From an uncultured Pelagibacteraceae bacterium (GTDB lineage Bacteria > Pseudomonadota > Alphaproteobacteria > Pelagibacterales > Pelagibacteraceae): 64,000 nt of DNA. The notes beneath the pieces were generated by a model, which worked only from the letters and a program-made list of their open reading frames with translations, made no database searches and was not told the origin of the DNA. The stretch's first letter is position 1. Each line of letters opens with the position of its first letter. Position numbers and translations under genes: made by a program. Below, piece after piece: positions 1 through 13,404 of the stretch. The stretch covers positions 12,810 through 76,809 of the forward strand of contig CACIPP010000002.1 in assembly GCA_902588515.1 (NCBI GenBank). The letters run 5' to 3'.

Positions 1-268
1 CTTTTAATCCCGAGTCTTTTATTGCTTCACTCATGGCAATGTAGTTATAGGCAGAGCCCGCACCCATAAATCTCATGACTTTTCTATCTATATGATCTTC
101 AAATTTTATATCTGGTTTACCGTGAACATGGCTCTTCAAGTTGTACTCTTTATATTGGTTGCAATTTGTGATTCCTGATTTGGTGTTTAAAAGGGAATTC
201 AGTACTTCATCTTGATTATTACCAAGACATGAGACCACACCAATTCCTGTTACCGCCACTTTTTTCAT
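1..268 (-). CDS. fabB: 3-oxoacyl-ACP synthase I (FabB), N-terminal part; the gene continues beyond the window start
   Basis: Not in the ORF track because it runs off the window. My translation of the minus strand from ATG 268..266 gives MKKVAVTGIGVVSCLGNNQDEVLNSLLNTKSGI...MRFMGAGSAYNYIAMSEAIKDSGL, a typical ketoacyl-ACP synthase N-terminus. The start overlaps the fabA stop (ATGA). This is the classical fabA-fabB order. Confidence 0.8.
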   Translation of the reverse strand, partial: MKKVAVTGIGVVSCLGNNQDEVLNSLLNTKSGITNCNQYKEYNLKSHVHGKPDIKFEDHIDRKVMRFMGAGSAYNYIAMSEAIKDSGLK

Positions 269-777
269 ATATTCGATTTAAAAAGCCCTACCTTAAGATT
301 TTTTGTATTATATATCTCTTTTTCATCTACTAAAAGTATTCCATCTGCAAGTCCAACACAAGTGTCTCCTTTTTTAATTATTCTTTTTACTTGAATTATG
401 TACTTTACCAGTGTTGCGTTTTGTAAAACTTCGCCCACAAACTTAACCTCAGCGCAACCAAGAGCTCTTCCCTTACCAGGATTACCAGACCATGCTAAAA
501 AAAACCCAACTAACTGCCACATAGCGTCTAGACCTAAGCACCCTGGCATCACGGGGTCCGTCTTAAAATGACAATCAAAAAACCATAAATTTTTTTTTAC
601 ATCAAGTTCAGCCTCAATGTATCCTTTTTTATAAAGCCCTCCGCTATCATTAATTTTAGTAATTCTATCAAACATAAGCATTGGTGGAGATGGTAATCTT
701 GCATTTCCATTACCAAAAAGAACTCCATTCGCACAAGAGATTAATTCGTCATAGTTATATTTATTTTTTTTTTCCAT
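265..777 (-). CDS. fabA: 3-hydroxydecanoyl-ACP dehydratase/isomerase
   Basis: 170 aa starting at an ATG. It has FabA-type hot-dog motifs (LPSPPMLMFDRI, FFDCHF..DPVMPGCLGLDAMWQLVGF). It lies directly upstream of fabB. Confidence 0.9.
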   Translation of the reverse strand: MEKKNKYNYDELISCANGVLFGNGNARLPSPPMLMFDRITKINDSGGLYKKGYIEAELDVKKNLWFFDCHFKTDPVMPGCLGLDAMWQLVGFFLAWSGNPGKGRALGCAEVKFVGEVLQNATLVKYIIQVKRIIKKGDTCVGLADGILLVDEKEIYNTKNLKVGLFKSNI

Positions 778-819
778 TTATATACAAAATTTTAAATTCA
801 TTTTAATCTTATTCAATTT

Positions 820-1269
820 TTAGTTACTAAATTTACCCCATAACTTATCTTTTTGCACCCAACCAATAACATTTTTATTTTTAACTTTGCACCAATTTCC
901 TGAGCATTTTTTCAATATGAGAGAATAATTCTGACTTAGCTTCTTAACTGGTCTCGAAAATATAGTTGGTTTACTAAAGACTAAAACATTTTCTTCTATA
1001 GATATAACAGTTTTTTTGTTGGATAGCTGAGATATATGTATCCAGCCAGTATCATTTTCAAAATCTTTAATTTTTCTCCAATTATAATGCTTGTCTATTA
1101 TTTTAACTGGTAAATATTTTTTTTTATATTTCCATTTAATAGGATAAGATATGTCTGGTCCTAATCTAACATTTGTTTTATTATTTTTTAGACTTTTAAT
1201 TTCTGCAGAAATATCATTTGTTATTAAAAAAAAAATTAAGAATAAAAGTAAGATTTTTTTAATTGCCAT
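820..1269 (-). CDS. Exported protein with bacterial SH3-like repeats
   Basis: It has an N-terminal signal peptide (MAIKKILLLFLIFFLITNDISA). Two repeats match the SH3b pattern (VRLGPD..YP..W......PV.I......W.KI.D..G..GWI and SKP......V.KL......L.K C.G.WCKV......GWV). Confidence 0.6.
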   Translation of the reverse strand: MAIKKILLLFLIFFLITNDISAEIKSLKNNKTNVRLGPDISYPIKWKYKKKYLPVKIIDKHYNWRKIKDFENDTGWIHISQLSNKKTVISIEENVLVFSKPTIFSRPVKKLSQNYSLILKKCSGNWCKVKNKNVIGWVQKDKLWGKFSN

Positions 1270-2005
1270 GTTTGCATGTTAATCTTCTATTAATTTTAGC
1301 TTGTCTAAAAGTTAACTTTTCGAAATTTATAATCAAGATATTATTAAGCAATTGCGATTTATTATTGGTAATTACTTTCAAAATTTCATTCGCTATTAAT
1401 GTACCAACTACACCAGTAACTGTGCCTAAAATACCTTCATCCTGGCATCGAAGCGAAAATTTAGGTTCAGAAGGCATAAAACATCTTAAACATGAGTAGT
1501 TTTTTTTGAAGTCAAAATAAAATATATGGCCTTCTAGTTGACTTACTGCTCCTATAAATAATTGTTTTTTTTGTTTTTTACATTCATCATTAATCAATAA
1601 TTTAGTTTTAAAGTTATCTGTTCCATCTATAACATAATCATAGTTTTTAATTATACTTTTTATATTTTTTTTTGAAATTTTAGTGTTAAATATTTTTACT
1701 TTAACATTTTTATCTATTTGGTTTATTTGACTTTTGACAGAAATTGTTTTTTTTTTATTTATGTCTTTTGGGAAAAACATTATTTGTCTATGCAAATTTG
1801 ATAATGTAACCTTATCATGATCGACTATCCCAATATTGGATATACCAGCCCTACACATATAAGTTAAAAAAGGAGTTCCCACGCCTCCTAATCCAATAAC
1901 AATTATTTTAGCATTAAATATTTTTGTCTGTCCTTCAATACTTATTTCTTTAAGGTTCATTTGTGGTAGGTATTTATTTATATAAGATTCTGAAATTCTT
2001 TTCAT
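1259..2005 (-). CDS. ThiF/MoeB/HesA-family adenylyltransferase
   Basis: It has a Rossmann nucleotide loop (IIVIGLGGVGTP), DHDKVTLSNLHRQ, and paired Cys motifs (CLRCFMP...RCQDEGILG). The exact substrate (ThiS or MoaD) cannot be decided from the sequence. Confidence 0.75.
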   Translation of the reverse strand: MKRISESYINKYLPQMNLKEISIEGQTKIFNAKIIVIGLGGVGTPFLTYMCRAGISNIGIVDHDKVTLSNLHRQIMFFPKDINKKKTISVKSQINQIDKNVKVKIFNTKISKKNIKSIIKNYDYVIDGTDNFKTKLLINDECKKQKKQLFIGAVSQLEGHIFYFDFKKNYSCLRCFMPSEPKFSLRCQDEGILGTVTGVVGTLIANEILKVITNNKSQLLNNILIINFEKLTFRQAKINRRLTCKHGN

Positions 2006-2008
2006 TTT

Positions 2009-2449
2009 CTATTTGCCAGTTGAACCAAACCCACCAGTATTTCTTTTCGTTTCTGCCAATTTACTTGCTAACCTTAAAGAAGGTTTTTCAATTGTTGTAA
2101 ATACCATTTGAGCTATTCTATCTTTGTTTTTAATAACGAATTCTTTATCTCCGAAATTTATTAAAATTACTTTAATTTCACCTCTATAGTCTGAGTCGAT
2201 TGTTCCTGGTGTATTCAACACAGTTATTCCATTTTTAGCAGCAAGACCGGATCTAGGTCGAATCTGTGCTTCACATTTTTCCGGCATCAGTAATGCAATA
2301 CCAGTTGGCACCAAAGTATACTTACCTGGTTTAATTATAATGTCATTTTGTAAGTGGGCCTCTAAATCTAATCCAGACGCACCATCACTTTTAAAAGAAG
2401 GAAGATTAACGTCTGGACTTAACTTTTTAATTAATATCTCTTTTATCAT
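2009..2449 (-). CDS. dut: dUTP diphosphatase
   Basis: dUTPase motifs are present (SDGASGLDL, RPRSGLA, GTIDSDYRGE, GGFGSTG). The track start at 2458 is a TTG. The in-frame ATG at 2449 (MIKEILIKKL) is the more likely start. Confidence 0.9.
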   Translation of the reverse strand: MIKEILIKKLSPDVNLPSFKSDGASGLDLEAHLQNDIIIKPGKYTLVPTGIALLMPEKCEAQIRPRSGLAAKNGITVLNTPGTIDSDYRGEIKVILINFGDKEFVIKNKDRIAQMVFTTIEKPSLRLASKLAETKRNTGGFGSTGK

Positions 2450-3641
2450 TAAGATCAAACTGTCTTAAAATTCTATTTACAATATTAGACGCGATGCCTG
2501 ATTTACTTTGCTCTGGCAAATTTTCAATTTCCATATTTTTATAAATAATCGTTGCTTTATTTGAATTAGAATTAAAACCTAAATTTTTGTTTGATACATC
2601 ATTTGCAATAATCCAATCACATCTTTTATCTAATAATTTTGCTTTTCCATTTCTAACTAAATCTTCTGTTTCTGCAGCAAAACCTACTACAAGTTTCGGT
2701 CTATTTTGGTTTAAATTTGAAAAATGTTTTAGTATATCAATATTTTCATCTAAATCGATTTTCAGATCTAGTGTTTTTTTTTTAATTTTTTTTTGGTTTT
2801 TTTTGAATTTAAAATCAGCTATTGCAGCACACATAACCAGTACATCACAGGGCAAAGAATTTTGAGTAGCATTAAACATTTCATCGCATGTTGTTACCCT
2901 TTGCGTTTGTACTTCTAATTCCGCATCAATATTAGATGGTCCCAATATAAGTTTTGTTTTAAAGCCGGCCTGTTTAAGTTTTTTTGCTATTTCAAAACCC
3001 TGCTTTCCTGAAGATTCGTTGGTGATATATCTAACCGGGTCAATGTATTCTCGTGTTGGACCTGCTGTAACAATCGCCCTTAAATCAATATTTTTTATTG
3101 TAAAATAATTTTTTAGCATGAGTACGATCTCTTCTATTTTTGACATTTTGCCAATTCCAAATTCCCCACATGCCAATTCACCATTATCAGGTCCAAGGAA
3201 GTAATATCCTGCTAATTTTAATTTTTTTACGTTTTGTTGGTTTATTTTATTTTCCCACATTTTGCTATTCATCGCAGGAATTAAAAAAACTTTTTTGTTT
3301 GAAGCCATTATAACTGTTGTGATTAGATCTTTTGCGGAGCCTTGGGCAATTTCAGATATAATATTTGCTGTTGCTGGACAAATCAAAACTAAATCTGCCC
3401 ATCGAGATAATGCAATATGGTCCATCTCAATTTCATCATTTAAAGTAAATTCATTGTCATATACCTTGTTTTTAGATAAGGATGCTACCGAGAGCGGCGT
3501 TACGAATTCTTTTGCGCTTTTACTTAATATAACTTTTATATTCATCCCTAAATTTTTTAAATTTCTAATTAAGTCTAAATTTTTATATGCTGAAATACCC
3601 CCACAAATTATCAATAAAAGATTTTTATTATTTAATTTCAT
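2427..3641 (-). CDS. coaBC: Bifunctional phosphopantothenoylcysteine decarboxylase / phosphopantothenate-cysteine ligase
   Basis: 404 aa. The N-terminal flavoprotein domain shows GGISAYK and PAMN. The C-terminal ligase domain shows VTAGPTREYIDPVRYITNESSGKQG and VGFAAET. Confidence 0.9.
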   Translation of the reverse strand: MKLNNKNLLLIICGGISAYKNLDLIRNLKNLGMNIKVILSKSAKEFVTPLSVASLSKNKVYDNEFTLNDEIEMDHIALSRWADLVLICPATANIISEIAQGSAKDLITTVIMASNKKVFLIPAMNSKMWENKINQQNVKKLKLAGYYFLGPDNGELACGEFGIGKMSKIEEIVLMLKNYFTIKNIDLRAIVTAGPTREYIDPVRYITNESSGKQGFEIAKKLKQAGFKTKLILGPSNIDAELEVQTQRVTTCDEMFNATQNSLPCDVLVMCAAIADFKFKKNQKKIKKKTLDLKIDLDENIDILKHFSNLNQNRPKLVVGFAAETEDLVRNGKAKLLDKRCDWIIANDVSNKNLGFNSNSNKATIIYKNMEIENLPEQSKSGIASNIVNRILRQFDLNDKRDIN

Positions 3642-3644
3642 ACT

Positions 3645-5216
3645 TTAATTGAATACTACTAATAGTAAAATTACAACTGATAAAAAAGATATAATAATCT
3701 TATTTTTCTGATTTTTTATTTTTAATTTTTCAAATCTAAGATTTTTTGATATCTCAGAATTTGCGGATGTTGCTCCTGTCGCTAACAATTCTAAAGCTTT
3801 CGATGCTTTATCCATTAGCTTCGGTAACTCAGGTAAACGATCTATTACTTGTCCTGTGGTGTTTATAGCCTCAGATATTTTAGCTTTTGGGCTTATTTCC
3901 TCCCTTAACCATTTCTCTAAAACTGGTCTTGAAATTTCCCAAATATTCGCATCTTCATCCAAAGATCTCGCCACGCCCTCAACTACGACCATAGTTTTTT
4001 GTAATAATAATAATTGTGGTTGTGTAGTCATGTTAAATTTTTCAGTAATTTCGAAGAGTTGAGCTAAAAGCTTACCTGCTGATATATTTTTTATTTTTTG
4101 GCCAAAAATTGGTTCTCCTATAGATCTTAAAGCTTGTGAGAAGGCTTCTCTAGACTCTGTTGCTGGCACCAATCCTGCTCTAAAATGAACATCTGCAACT
4201 TTATTATAATCTCTTTCAATAAATCCATAAAGAATTTCAGCAAGATATTTTTTGTTGTACTTGTCTAGTCTTCCCATAATACCAAAATCTACAGGAATTA
4301 TATTTCCATTTTCATTTACGAATAGATTACCTTGGTGCATATCACCATGAAAAAAACCGTCCCTTACAGCTTGTAACAAAAAACTTTGTATGACATTAGT
4401 AGCTAAATCTTCCTTATTAATTTTGGCTTTGTCTATTTCAGCAAAATTTTTAATAGGTATCCCAATAACACGTTCAGAGGTTAGGACTCTCTTAGATGTG
4501 TAGTCCCAGAATATTTCTGGAACTACAAAATTTTTATCATTTTTTGTATTATTTTTAAGTTCATTAGCAGCCGCTGCTTCAAATCTAAGGTCCATTTCAA
4601 TAGCAGTAATTTCTTTTAAAAGATGTACTACTTCAATAAGTTTTAATCTCTGTGTTTTTGGAGCTAAAGTTTCAACAACTGATGCAAACAACATTAGAGC
4701 TTCAAGTTCTTGATTAAAAATTTTCTCTATATTGGGTCTCAAAACTTTGACTGCAACCTTTTTTGTTTGATTATTTTCTACAATTATTTCTGCAAAATGT
4801 ACTTGTGCTATCGATGCCGCTGCAATTGGATTACTTAATTTTTTAATTTTTTTAAAATTTTCCTCACCTAACTCTTCTTTAATTGCATCTTTCGCAAGGT
4901 ATAGATCATAAGGTGGAAGAGTATCTTGTAATTTTTGAAGCTCTTTAGCCAAATCTTTACCAACAATATCAGGGCGAGTACCTAAAAATTGTCCCAATTT
5001 TATAAACGTCGGTCCCAGCTCTTTTATAGCTGATGATAGTCTTTCTCCAACGGGAACATCGTTTGTATATTTAGGTTTTAAAATTGAAAAACCTAATATT
5101 TTAATAATTATTTTTAAAAAAAAAGGAATTTTATAAATTTTGTCAAAATAAGTTAATGTATTTGATTTAGATAGAACTCTACCTATTTTGAATAAAATAA
5201 ATATATTTTTAATCAT
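3645..5216 (-). CDS. ubiB: UbiB/ABC1-family ubiquinone biosynthesis kinase-like protein
   Basis: ABC1 kinase-like motifs are present (PIAAASIAQVH.A, VAVKVLRPNI, FHGDMHQGNLF). It has a C-terminal TM segment. The track start at 5228 is a TTG. The ATG at 5216 gives an ATGA overlap with the ubiE stop. Confidence 0.85.
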   Translation of the reverse strand: MIKNIFILFKIGRVLSKSNTLTYFDKIYKIPFFLKIIIKILGFSILKPKYTNDVPVGERLSSAIKELGPTFIKLGQFLGTRPDIVGKDLAKELQKLQDTLPPYDLYLAKDAIKEELGEENFKKIKKLSNPIAAASIAQVHFAEIIVENNQTKKVAVKVLRPNIEKIFNQELEALMLFASVVETLAPKTQRLKLIEVVHLLKEITAIEMDLRFEAAAANELKNNTKNDKNFVVPEIFWDYTSKRVLTSERVIGIPIKNFAEIDKAKINKEDLATNVIQSFLLQAVRDGFFHGDMHQGNLFVNENGNIIPVDFGIMGRLDKYNKKYLAEILYGFIERDYNKVADVHFRAGLVPATESREAFSQALRSIGEPIFGQKIKNISAGKLLAQLFEITEKFNMTTQPQLLLLQKTMVVVEGVARSLDEDANIWEISRPVLEKWLREEISPKAKISEAINTTGQVIDRLPELPKLMDKASKALELLATGATSANSEISKNLRFEKLKIKNQKNKIIISFLSVVILLLVVFN

Positions 5217-5938
5217 TTTAATTTCCAAGCGTGATGAATACTCAAAATTCCAGATAACAAATCCTCCTTATAAATATTTGAAAATTTATTATTTATGAGC
5301 TTCTTAGAAATTTGATCCTGCGTAAAAAAATCCTCAATACTTTTATTTAAATACTTATAAGGTTTACTATCACCATTAACTATCTTTCCTAAAAATGGAA
5401 TTATATTGCTATAAAAACCATATAATTCTCTAACAATTGGCTTTTTTACTTTGTAAAATTCCATACAACAAAATTGGCCACCTGGTTTTAAAATTCTGTA
5501 AGCTTCTGATAATGAATGTTGAATATTTATTAAGTTTCTAAGACCAAAACTTATTAAATAAATATCTATACTATTTGACTTAATAGGCAGGTTTTCTGCA
5601 ACAGATTGTATAGCACTAACGTTTGTAAAATTTTTAAAAAATTTAGAATTCTTGTTTAGCATTTCTTTATTAGGATCTACTCTAATAATTTTTTGTTTTG
5701 GATTCTTTTTTAGTATATATTTTGATAAATCCCCTGTGCCAGACGCCACATCAATAATAACATCAGATTTATCAAAATCGATATTTTCAATCATTTTTGT
5801 TTTCCATAATCTATGAGAACCTAAAGACATTAAATCATTCATTAAGTCGTAATTACTAGACGACGACTCAAATACTTCTTGCACAATCTTTTGTTTATTC
5901 TTATTAAAGTGAATATTATTCATATTATTATTGAACAT
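5213..5938 (-). CDS. ubiE: Demethylmenaquinone/ubiquinone C-methyltransferase
   Basis: It has the YDLMNDLMSLGSHRLWK motif and a SAM-binding site (IDVASGTGDL). It sits in the classical ubiE-ubiB pairing. Confidence 0.85.
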   Translation of the reverse strand: MFNNNMNNIHFNKNKQKIVQEVFESSSSNYDLMNDLMSLGSHRLWKTKMIENIDFDKSDVIIDVASGTGDLSKYILKKNPKQKIIRVDPNKEMLNKNSKFFKNFTNVSAIQSVAENLPIKSNSIDIYLISFGLRNLINIQHSLSEAYRILKPGGQFCCMEFYKVKKPIVRELYGFYSNIIPFLGKIVNGDSKPYKYLNKSIEDFFTQDQISKKLINNKFSNIYKEDLLSGILSIHHAWKLK

Positions 5939-5943
5939 ATTAT

Positions 5944-6795
5944 ATGCCAGAACTCCCAGAAGTAGAAATCACAGTAAGAACTCTAAAAAAGTATATTATT
6001 AACCAAAAAATCTATGCTGTGACAATATTAAATGGCAATTTACGATACAAAATTCCAACAAATTTGCCAAAAATATTAAAAAGTCAAACAATTAATGAAG
6101 TAAAAAGACGGTCAAAATTTATATTATTTAAAACTAATCATAATACGCTCCTATCTCATCTTGGTATGACAGGAAGGTATATTGTTAAAAAAAACTCTTT
6201 GAAATTAGACACAAGCTTTTATAATAAAAAAAACGTAATTAAAAAGCACAATCACTTACTAATACGATTTAAAAAATTTTCAATAATATATAATGACATC
6301 CGAAAATTTGGATTTATTAAGATTTATAATAATAATAATATTTCTAGGCATTTAAGTAATTTAGGCCCTGAGCCATTAAGCAAATTATTTAATTACAAAT
6401 ATTTCGAGCAGAAAATCAAAAAGAGAAGAATTTCAATCAAAAATATATTAATGGATCAAAAATTTGTTTCTGGATTAGGCAATATATATGTTAATGAGAT
6501 ATTATATGCTTCTAGAATTAACCCAAATACAAGTTGTTTTAAATTAAAAAAAAGCCAAATTTTTAGGATTTTGAAATTTACTAAATTAATTTTGCAGTCT
6601 TCTATAAAAAAAGGTGGCTCAACCATTTTAAATTATCACAACTCTGAGGGGAGAACTGGGTCTTATCAATCAGAATTTAAAGTTTATAACCGTAACAATG
6701 ACTCTTGTCTTACTTCTGGTTGTAATAAAAAAATAATTATGAGTATTGTTAATGGTCGTTCTCAATTTTACTGCCCAAAATGTCAAAAGTTATAA
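5944..6795 (+). CDS. mutM: Formamidopyrimidine-DNA glycosylase
   Basis: The N-terminus is the catalytic MPELPEVE. It has an H2TH region (GLGNIYVNEILY) and a C-terminal zinc finger (C..C...........FYCPKCQ). Confidence 0.9.
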   Translation: MPELPEVEITVRTLKKYIINQKIYAVTILNGNLRYKIPTNLPKILKSQTINEVKRRSKFILFKTNHNTLLSHLGMTGRYIVKKNSLKLDTSFYNKKNVIKKHNHLLIRFKKFSIIYNDIRKFGFIKIYNNNNISRHLSNLGPEPLSKLFNYKYFEQKIKKRRISIKNILMDQKFVSGLGNIYVNEILYASRINPNTSCFKLKKSQIFRILKFTKLILQSSIKKGGSTILNYHNSEGRTGSYQSEFKVYNRNNDSCLTSGCNKKIIMSIVNGRSQFYCPKCQKL

Positions 6796-6800
6796 TAAAG

Positions 6801-6829
6801 TTGACCTATTATAAAAAGAAACATATAAA
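6801..6829 (+). promoter_or_regulatory. Candidate sigma70-type promoter for rpsT (TTGACC-17 nt-TATAAA)
   Basis: TTGACC lies at 6801..6806, followed by a 17-nt spacer and TATAAA at 6824..6829. That implies a leader of only about 6-7 nt before the ATG at 6843, with no SD. Confidence 0.45.
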
Positions 6830-6842
6830 ATCGTGTTTTTAA

Positions 6843-7109
6843 ATGGCCAATATTAAATCAGCTAAAAAAAAAATAAGAGTAATAAAAAGAAAAACGTCCA
6901 TTAACAGAATTAGGATTGGAAAATATAAGAGCGCTGTATCAGAAATAGAAAAAGCTATAAAATCCAAAGATTTAAATAAAGCCAAAAAGTTATTCAATAA
7001 TTTGCAATCTGTATTGATGAAGACATCCAAAAAAGGATCTATTAAAAGAAAGACTGCCTCTAGAAAAATTTCTAGAATATCTAAAAAAATATTTTCTAAA
7101 AAAAATTAA
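6843..7109 (+). CDS. rpsT: 30S ribosomal protein S20
   Basis: 88 aa and highly basic. MANIKSAKKKIRV...NR is the typical S20 N-terminus. It lies upstream of dnaA, as in many alphaproteobacteria. Confidence 0.9.
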   Translation: MANIKSAKKKIRVIKRKTSINRIRIGKYKSAVSEIEKAIKSKDLNKAKKLFNNLQSVLMKTSKKGSIKRKTASRKISRISKKIFSKKN

Positions 7110-7209
7110 TCTCTGTAGTTGAACAATTTTAAGTTGCTTCACTTAATAGGCGACAATCATTTTTTTTATATATTATTTATATTCTATGATGTAAGAAAAA
7201 ATAAATAAT

Positions 7210-8604
7210 ATGAATATTAAAAACTCCTCAGCCGTAAATATTTCAGATGATTTGAAAAAAAACTGGAATATTGTTCAATTAAAACTAAAAGAAAGTTACG
7301 GAGTTGACGTATACAAGAGTTGGATAGAAAATGTGGAAGCCAAGGGTGTTGAGCAAAACTCGCTAATATTGGGGGTAAAAACTAGATTTGTTAGAGATTG
7401 GATTGTATCTCATTATGCCGATAAAATTCTAGACCACTTTCAAAAACTGGACAACACAATATCGAGAATTCAATTTGAAATTAGCGAAATATTTGTAAAC
7501 GAAAAAATTTCAAATATTTTTGATTTTAATACTAAGTCTAAAATTATTGATATTAAAGATACAAATTACGGTGTAAATAGAATAGATCCCAGATTAAATT
7601 TTGATAATTTTGTTACAGGTGAAAGCAATCAGCTAGCCTTTTCCGCTGCAAAAAGAATATGTGAAAATTTAGGTCATTATAATCCTTTATACATTTATGG
7701 ATCAGTTGGGTTAGGCAAAACCCACATATTAAATTCAATTGGTAATCAATTAAAACAACTGCAGAAGAAAATTATATACTTATCAGCAGAGAGATTTATG
7801 TATCAATTCGTAAAATCTATAAAGAATAAGGATACATATAAATTTAAAGATATTTTTAGAAACGCAGATGTATTAATTTTAGATGATATACAATTTATAA
7901 GTGGAAAAGATGTTACCCAGGAGGAATTTTTTTACACTTTTAATAGTTTAATAGAAAATCAGTCGCAAGTAGTAATATCATCTGATCGCTCGCCTAATGA
8001 CCTCGACAGGATTCAGGACCGAATAAAGTCAAGATTATCAGGTGGCCTTGTTGTAGATATACAGCAGCCTGACATTTCTTTGAGGCTAGAAATTTTGAAA
8101 AAACGTTGTTTGTTTGAAAAAGATCAGTATTCCAAAGATCTTGTTATTAGTGATGAAATTTTAACTTTCATAGCAAACGAATTTAAATCTAGTATAAGAG
8201 ACATGCTAGGAGTTTTAAATAGAATTATTGCTTCATCAAGAATTCAAAATAGAAATCCTTCTCTTCAAGATGCAAAACTAATTTTAAAAGATTTATTTAG
8301 CAATATGAATACTACTGTTAGTATTGAGGATATTCAAAAAATTGTAGTAAATTTTTATGATATTTCTATTACTGATTTCTTATCAGCTAGACGTTCAAGA
8401 CACATTGCACGTCCTAGACAAATAGCCATGTATTTATCAAAGAAATTAACTACTAAATCGCTTCCAGAGATAGGTCGTAAGTTTACCGGACGAGATCATA
8501 CAACTGTAATACATGCCATAAAAAAAATTGAAGATTTAATGCATAATGATAAAAAATTTGCTTTAGAAGTACAAGAAATTAGTAATAGAATTTTAAAAAA
8601 ATGA
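7210..8604 (+). CDS. dnaA: Chromosomal replication initiator protein DnaA
   Basis: AAA+ motifs are present (NPLYIYGSVGLGKTHIL, LILDDIQF). The C-terminal DNA-binding domain is present (RRSRHIARPRQIAMYLSKKLT..SLPEIGRKF.GRDHTTVIHAI). Confidence 0.95.
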   Translation: MNIKNSSAVNISDDLKKNWNIVQLKLKESYGVDVYKSWIENVEAKGVEQNSLILGVKTRFVRDWIVSHYADKILDHFQKLDNTISRIQFEISEIFVNEKISNIFDFNTKSKIIDIKDTNYGVNRIDPRLNFDNFVTGESNQLAFSAAKRICENLGHYNPLYIYGSVGLGKTHILNSIGNQLKQLQKKIIYLSAERFMYQFVKSIKNKDTYKFKDIFRNADVLILDDIQFISGKDVTQEEFFYTFNSLIENQSQVVISSDRSPNDLDRIQDRIKSRLSGGLVVDIQQPDISLRLEILKKRCLFEKDQYSKDLVISDEILTFIANEFKSSIRDMLGVLNRIIASSRIQNRNPSLQDAKLILKDLFSNMNTTVSIEDIQKIVVNFYDISITDFLSARRSRHIARPRQIAMYLSKKLTTKSLPEIGRKFTGRDHTTVIHAIKKIEDLMHNDKKFALEVQEISNRILKK

Positions 8605-8605
8605 T

Positions 8606-9718
8606 ATGGAATTTCATGTTGAAAGAGATGTTCTACTTCGCTCTTTAACGCATATTCAAGGTGTTGTTGAAAAGAAAAATACTCTCCCAATCTTGTCAAA
8701 TGTATTAATTCAAGCCACAGAGGAAGGGCTGCTAGTTACAGCTACAGATATGGACATGATAATAAGTGAAAGAATCAATGCCAATGTAAAAGTAAATGGT
8801 TCAACAACAACTGGAGCCCAAGCATTGTATGATGTCGTAAGGAAGTTACCATCTAATTCACAATTAAATTTTGCATTAAAAGACGAGTCAAAACTAAAAC
8901 TTATTTCTGGAATGTCTGACTATGAATTAACTTGTTTGTCTTCAAATGAATTTCCTATCTTAGAGGATAATATAGAGGAGGAACCAACAGTTATAGGATC
9001 AAAGCAGTTTCTAAAATTATTAAATAAAACCAAATTTGCAATATCTAATGACGAAACACGCCATTATTTAAATGGAATATATCTTGGCACCGATCAAAAT
9101 GACAAATCAAAACTTATTGCAGTAGCTACGGATGGACATAGACTTTGTAAAACATTAATAGAAGTTCAAGATATGAAAAACTTTCAGTCAATTATACTTC
9201 CAAAAAAAACTATTTTTGAGTTATTGACTATCATTGGAGATGAAAATAAGGATTTGAAAATAATCTCTACTAAATCTAAAATAAAATTCATAATAGATAA
9301 TATTATACTTATATCAAAAGTGATTGATGGGAAATTTCCAGATTATGAAAAAGTCATACCAAAAGATGAGAGAGATGAGATAAAAGCTGATGCAATTAAA
9401 TTTTCTAATGCATTAGATAGACTAAGAGCATTATCTTCTGATAGAAAAGGGGTAGTAAAGATCAAAATTGAAAATAACAATATAACTTTTAATATAAAAG
9501 ATATAACACACGGAGGAGGCATTGAGAAAATAGAGGCAATGTATACTGGCAAGGAATTAGAAATAGGATTTAACTCAAATTATCTAATTGATGTAGCGGG
9601 GGTTTTAGAGTCAAAAGAGATTATATTAAAAGCCAAAGACTCTTCATCTCCGATTTTAATAAGAGATAATAATGACAAGTCCAGTACCTATGTTGTGATG
9701 CCAATGCGCGTAGTATAA
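8606..9718 (+). CDS. dnaN: DNA polymerase III beta sliding clamp
   Basis: 370 aa with typical clamp features (L..V..VVEKKNTLPILSNVLI, TATD, ATDGHRL, C-terminal YVVMPMRV). It starts 2 nt after dnaA. Confidence 0.95.
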   Translation: MEFHVERDVLLRSLTHIQGVVEKKNTLPILSNVLIQATEEGLLVTATDMDMIISERINANVKVNGSTTTGAQALYDVVRKLPSNSQLNFALKDESKLKLISGMSDYELTCLSSNEFPILEDNIEEEPTVIGSKQFLKLLNKTKFAISNDETRHYLNGIYLGTDQNDKSKLIAVATDGHRLCKTLIEVQDMKNFQSIILPKKTIFELLTIIGDENKDLKIISTKSKIKFIIDNIILISKVIDGKFPDYEKVIPKDERDEIKADAIKFSNALDRLRALSSDRKGVVKIKIENNNITFNIKDITHGGGIEKIEAMYTGKELEIGFNSNYLIDVAGVLESKEIILKAKDSSSPILIRDNNDKSSTYVVMPMRVV

Positions 9719-9726
9719 ATATTTGG

Positions 9727-13397
<3,671 letters not shown>

Positions 13398-13404
13398 TAT
13401 CTAA

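Noticed and set aside
7110-7209. DnaA boxes or CtrA (TTAA-N7-TTAA) sites in the rpsT-dnaA spacer.
   Set aside because: I found no 8/9 or better match to TTATCCACA on either strand. The only TTAA pair is spaced 10 nt apart, not 7. The A/T runs alone are not evidence for an origin.
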